The notes under the pieces: model-generated
The model's database searches: none
Seen by the model: only the letters and a program-made list of their open reading frames with translations
Told to the model about the DNA's origin: nothing
Shown: positions 56,026-59,243 of the stretch, piece after piece
How positions within the stretch are numbered: position 1 is the first letter of the stretch
How the letters are laid out: each line of letters begins with the position of its first letter
Program-made: the position numbers and the translations under genes
DNA from: a virus
Lineage: Duplodnaviria; Caudoviricetes
Length of the DNA stretch: 59,243 nt
Strand: one strand, 5' to 3'
IMG/VR virus record: IMGVR_UViG_3300022690_001351
Location: 1 to 59,243 of that record

Positions 56026-56037
56026 TTTAAACTCCTT

Positions 56038-57555
56038 TTATGGTAGAGGTATACCCCATTTGTCAGATAAAAATTGTTCTACTATTTCCCTTTCCAATGT
56101 TGATAAGAATCTAGGATATATTAATATTTCAACAATAACACCTTTAAATTCTGAAATTGTACTTTCACTACCAATACTTAGAAAATCAGTTGGATCGCTG
56201 CTACTTAAAGTATCGGTTGCAGCCACACTGGAAACAACTGTCGATTGATTAATAAATATACTACTAACATCTACTCCTGGAACAATAATATGTATATATG
56301 TTGCAATATTTGCTTGTGATAAATCAATTGAATCATTACCACCATCTGCATCAATTGCCAAGGCACTGCCATTAACCACATTGACAAGGATTTTATTATT
56401 AACAGCTGAACCAGAACGGTCATCTATAGCCATAACTAAACCAATATCAGTAACAGTAGTTTTTGATGTAGAAATTATGCCTTGGAAATTATCAGGATTA
56501 CTTGATGCAGTTTTGCAAACTACAAATACGCTGCAGGGGCTGTTATGCAAGAATTTCCATGTAGATTTATCAGACGACACCAGCCTTGTAAATCCACCTG
56601 CTCCAAAGTCAATACCTGCCTTTCCATTTAAAGCATTTGGTAAACGTGTCAATGTACCAGAATCTCCAGCTTTGCTAAGATCGTTATTATTACTAGTTTT
56701 ATCATTCCAGCCAATAACGTTTGAACCTGTATCTGTAACTATTGTAGTCTCATTATAATTTGCAAATAAACCTTTTTCTACTACGCTGTATGAGGCAATC
56801 CCAAGTCCAAATTTATTATTAAGATATTTTTCAATTGCTATTACTTCTTGATCATTTAAACCTCTGTTATATATAATAATTTCTCCTATTTGCCCGAGCA
56901 TTTCAAATTGTGTCGTACCAAGTCTTTTTGTCGCACCTATGGTTATTGTATCAATATTTTCAAAAGTTAAACTTGATTGTATGCCCGATGATAGACAAAT
57001 TCCGTTTAATCTTTTTTGTGTACGTGGTATGCTATGATCAATTCGTATAGTTTGTAAGTCATATTCACCTGCAAATCCTATAAGTAAATTTGATGCACCA
57101 ACTATATTAGTATCTCGAGCAGACAAGGTGAATTGATTGCCTGTGCTGGATTTTCCCGCATGCAGAAAATTTTTATTTAAAACATCATTACCATCTGATA
57201 AAGAAAATGCAAAGTCGGTGGAGACAGTTTGTTCATGTTTTACAACAGAAAATACTGTTATTGATTGGTCAGTTCCATTTAGAATCCCTGATATACCTGT
57301 ATTTTGTAACCATTGGTTATTGCTAAAATCCAGTACTTTTTTATTGCCTAATATTTCAGTATTGATTAAAGGTTGATTAATTCCTGTTCCTTGTGTAATA
57401 TTAAATTGATTTGGACTTTTATCAGCAACCTGACTAACTAATCCACTACTTTCTGTTACTGTAGTCAAGTCTGATGGATCATACCACGCAAATAAATCAG
57501 GTATAGCTTGCGGAGATATATCAGTTTGTTTTAATGTTGTTAGTAAATCGCTCAT
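56038..57555 (-). CDS. LamG/ConA-like two-domain virion protein
   Basis: Two repeats ending GQIGEIIIYNRGL...YLNNKF and GVIVEILIYPRFL...FLSDKWG. Confidence 0.75.
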   Translation of the reverse strand: MSDLLTTLKQTDISPQAIPDLFAWYDPSDLTTVTESSGLVSQVADKSPNQFNITQGTGINQPLINTEILGNKKVLDFSNNQWLQNTGISGILNGTDQSITVFSVVKHEQTVSTDFAFSLSDGNDVLNKNFLHAGKSSTGNQFTLSARDTNIVGASNLLIGFAGEYDLQTIRIDHSIPRTQKRLNGICLSSGIQSSLTFENIDTITIGATKRLGTTQFEMLGQIGEIIIYNRGLNDQEVIAIEKYLNNKFGLGIASYSVVEKGLFANYNETTIVTDTGSNVIGWNDKTSNNNDLSKAGDSGTLTRLPNALNGKAGIDFGAGGFTRLVSSDKSTWKFLHNSPCSVFVVCKTASSNPDNFQGIISTSKTTVTDIGLVMAIDDRSGSAVNNKILVNVVNGSALAIDADGGNDSIDLSQANIATYIHIIVPGVDVSSIFINQSTVVSSVAATDTLSSSDPTDFLSIGSESTISEFKGVIVEILIYPRFLSTLEREIVEQFLSDKWGIPLP

Positions 57556-57557
57556 AA

Positions 57558-57932
57558 TTATAATGGTCTTGAAAGGATTTGTATAATTCTGTCTGCACCT
57601 TGAGCTACTGGCGTACTACTTGTTCCACTTCTGACTTTTAAGACTCTGACGCCTGCAAAAATTGAGGGGTCAAATAAAATATATCCAGTATCTACCACAT
57701 GCTGTATTTCATTACCAAAGTTATCAGATATATCAATAAAAGTAGAATCGTCGGTGCTTGCTTGGAAAGTAAGGTTAGCAGTAGTCCAACCAGCAGGAAT
57801 AATATAACCGACAAAAGTAGTTTGTTTAAATCTTACAAAATTTGATAAAGATTGAGTATTAACAATAGTTACAGATTGTACGACTATTATTTCTGAAGAA
57901 TTAGAATCTAGATTGGTTTTTACAGAACTCAT
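57558..57932 (-). CDS. putative virion accessory protein
   Basis: PAGWTTANLTFQASTD, LKVRSG motifs; start uncertain. Confidence 0.6.
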   Translation of the reverse strand: MSSVKTNLDSNSSEIIVVQSVTIVNTQSLSNFVRFKQTTFVGYIIPAGWTTANLTFQASTDDSTFIDISDNFGNEIQHVVDTGYILFDPSIFAGVRVLKVRSGTSSTPVAQGADRIIQILSRPL

Positions 57933-57975
57933 CACGTATCTCAATTATGTTTTTAAATATGATATCAAATTTTAA

Positions 57976-59243
57976 TTAAGAATCAAGCTCAATTGTGTCT
58001 GTAGTTTTTATTGGTTTACTTCTATTTGATATATCCATGTCTATTGTACGGAAAGCCGTATTAAATTCTGGATCAATAAGATCACATTTTGTAATTTGTG
58101 AAGTGTTTTGAAAACTAAATTGATGCATATAAACAGCCGTGTTCGAATCAGGAAAGTCTGGAGTCTCAATAAATCCATTTCCGAGTGGGATTATTCCTAA
58201 TGGTTTTTCAGCAAAATCAGTAGGAAGTCGCACGCCTACAAGGGATTTGTATAAAAATCTTTCGATATCTGCCATTTCATCACGTGCCTCTCTACCCGTC
58301 AGCTTATTAACGATAGGGGATACAACTACGACATCAAAAGAGCGTATTGCAGTGTATATAGGCTCTTCACCAGGTGTTATGCTTGCAGTACCGTCATTTG
58401 TAGTGTTTCGATCTTTACTGATTGTCATGCTATTAAGTACAATATATGCCCATAATATATTAGGAGATTCGGTAGTATATAACTTCAATGCTCTTTCAAT
58501 TGTTTCTGCGCCCCCAATCCTTATACTCTTATGCAATTCCATAATGCCAAGTGCGGGGGTGGTTGGTGTAGTAGTTATTGTATAACTCAATTCCGTTGTT
58601 GATATAAATGTAAAGCTATATCGACCATCATAACCATTATTAGAGGATTGTCTTTCACCTAAAGTTGGCGAGCCAGTTGCAGGGGTTACAGGATCGTTTA
58701 ACACCTCAAAGAAGAACACATTGCGATTTTGCTGTGCGACTACCTTTGAAGGATTAACATCAGTCCCTATGATCCTTGCTGGCGTTTCTGGATTACTATG
58801 TACTGTATATGTAAATGTTTTGGGATCTATAATTGAATCAATATCTGTATTAAAACTTGGTTTACTATTATATTGCGGCGGCGATATATTGCTAATCTTG
58901 ACTTTAAAAGAAGGATCATCAATAAATCCATGGGCTGTTCTGGTTACCACGGTTGCTGTAGTACCGACTCTGGTTATAGATTCTATCAATATATCAGGTG
59001 CTTCAACAACATTCTTGACGCCGTTATAATCTCCTTGTGTAACTCCTGACATATTAACTGTTGGCTGAAAACCTTGCGTTAAGTCATGTGCGGTTGAAGT
59101 GATAGCCGTAGCCACATTACCGACTCTTGTCAGACTGATTATTACGGCTGGTGCTAACGCTCCAACAACGACTCCAACGTTACCGTCAGCCATGCCGTGC
59201 GGTATTGTAGTTGTAAGAGTTGCCGTACTTCCTGACCTTGTGC
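57976..59243 (-). CDS. putative tail completion/terminator protein with repeated beta-domains (5' end outside window)
   Basis: Frame open to window edge (TRSGSTATLTTTIPHG); TR.G..A...T...H repeats; upstream of sheath. Confidence 0.55.
   Translation of the reverse strand, partial: TRSGSTATLTTTIPHGMADGNVGVVVGALAPAVIISLTRVGNVATAITSTAHDLTQGFQPTVNMSGVTQGDYNGVKNVVEAPDILIESITRVGTTATVVTRTAHGFIDDPSFKVKISNISPPQYNSKPSFNTDIDSIIDPKTFTYTVHSNPETPARIIGTDVNPSKVVAQQNRNVFFFEVLNDPVTPATGSPTLGERQSSNNGYDGRYSFTFISTTELSYTITTTPTTPALGIMELHKSIRIGGAETIERALKLYTTESPNILWAYIVLNSMTISKDRNTTNDGTASITPGEEPIYTAIRSFDVVVVSPIVNKLTGREARDEMADIERFLYKSLVGVRLPTDFAEKPLGIIPLGNGFIETPDFPDSNTAVYMHQFSFQNTSQITKCDLIDPEFNTAFRTIDMDISNRSKPIKTTDTIELDS

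Noticed and set aside
564-59029. Many ORF-track entries antisense to or nested in confident genes (e.g. 7452, 28703, 36243, 41654, 53892, 56381, 58139)
   Set aside because: Shadow frames with no RBS or motifs, opposite well-supported genes
1-59243. Stop-codon reassignment
   Set aside because: Core genes are full length in the standard code and TAA, TAG and TGA all terminate genes

Overview
The whole window is an AT-rich tailed-phage (Caudoviricetes) sequence with no host housekeeping genes and no recognisable integrase. It encodes an HK97-type head (TerS, TerL, portal, gp7/Mu-F, protease, capsid, connector), a Mu-like contractile tail (sheath, tube, chaperone with a -1 frameshift, tape measure, N, P, gp45-48, fibre), a lysis cassette, a YqaJ/Rad50-like/annealase recombination module, an Rnl2-type RNA ligase, tRNA-Glu, three ankyrin proteins and an XRE regulator resembling Rickettsiales proteins. 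The architecture is unusual. The tail genes keep Mu order on the minus strand over about 37 kb but are split by inserted cassettes, many on the plus strand. Ten plus-strand sigma70 promoters share a conserved GC-rich 17-bp spacer that looks like an operator, and an inverted copy sits in the promoter of a candidate regulator gene. The best candidates for new biology are: a 99-nt tRNA-shaped RNA with an elongated anticodon arm just upstream of an RNA ligase that needs an ATA start; several other structured intergenic RNAs, two with acceptor-like GCA-ACC ends; a free-standing, splicing-dead intein/HNH gene; and a perfect 36-bp inverted repeat enclosing two divergent promoters. All calls come from reading motifs by eye; no searches or folding programs were run.
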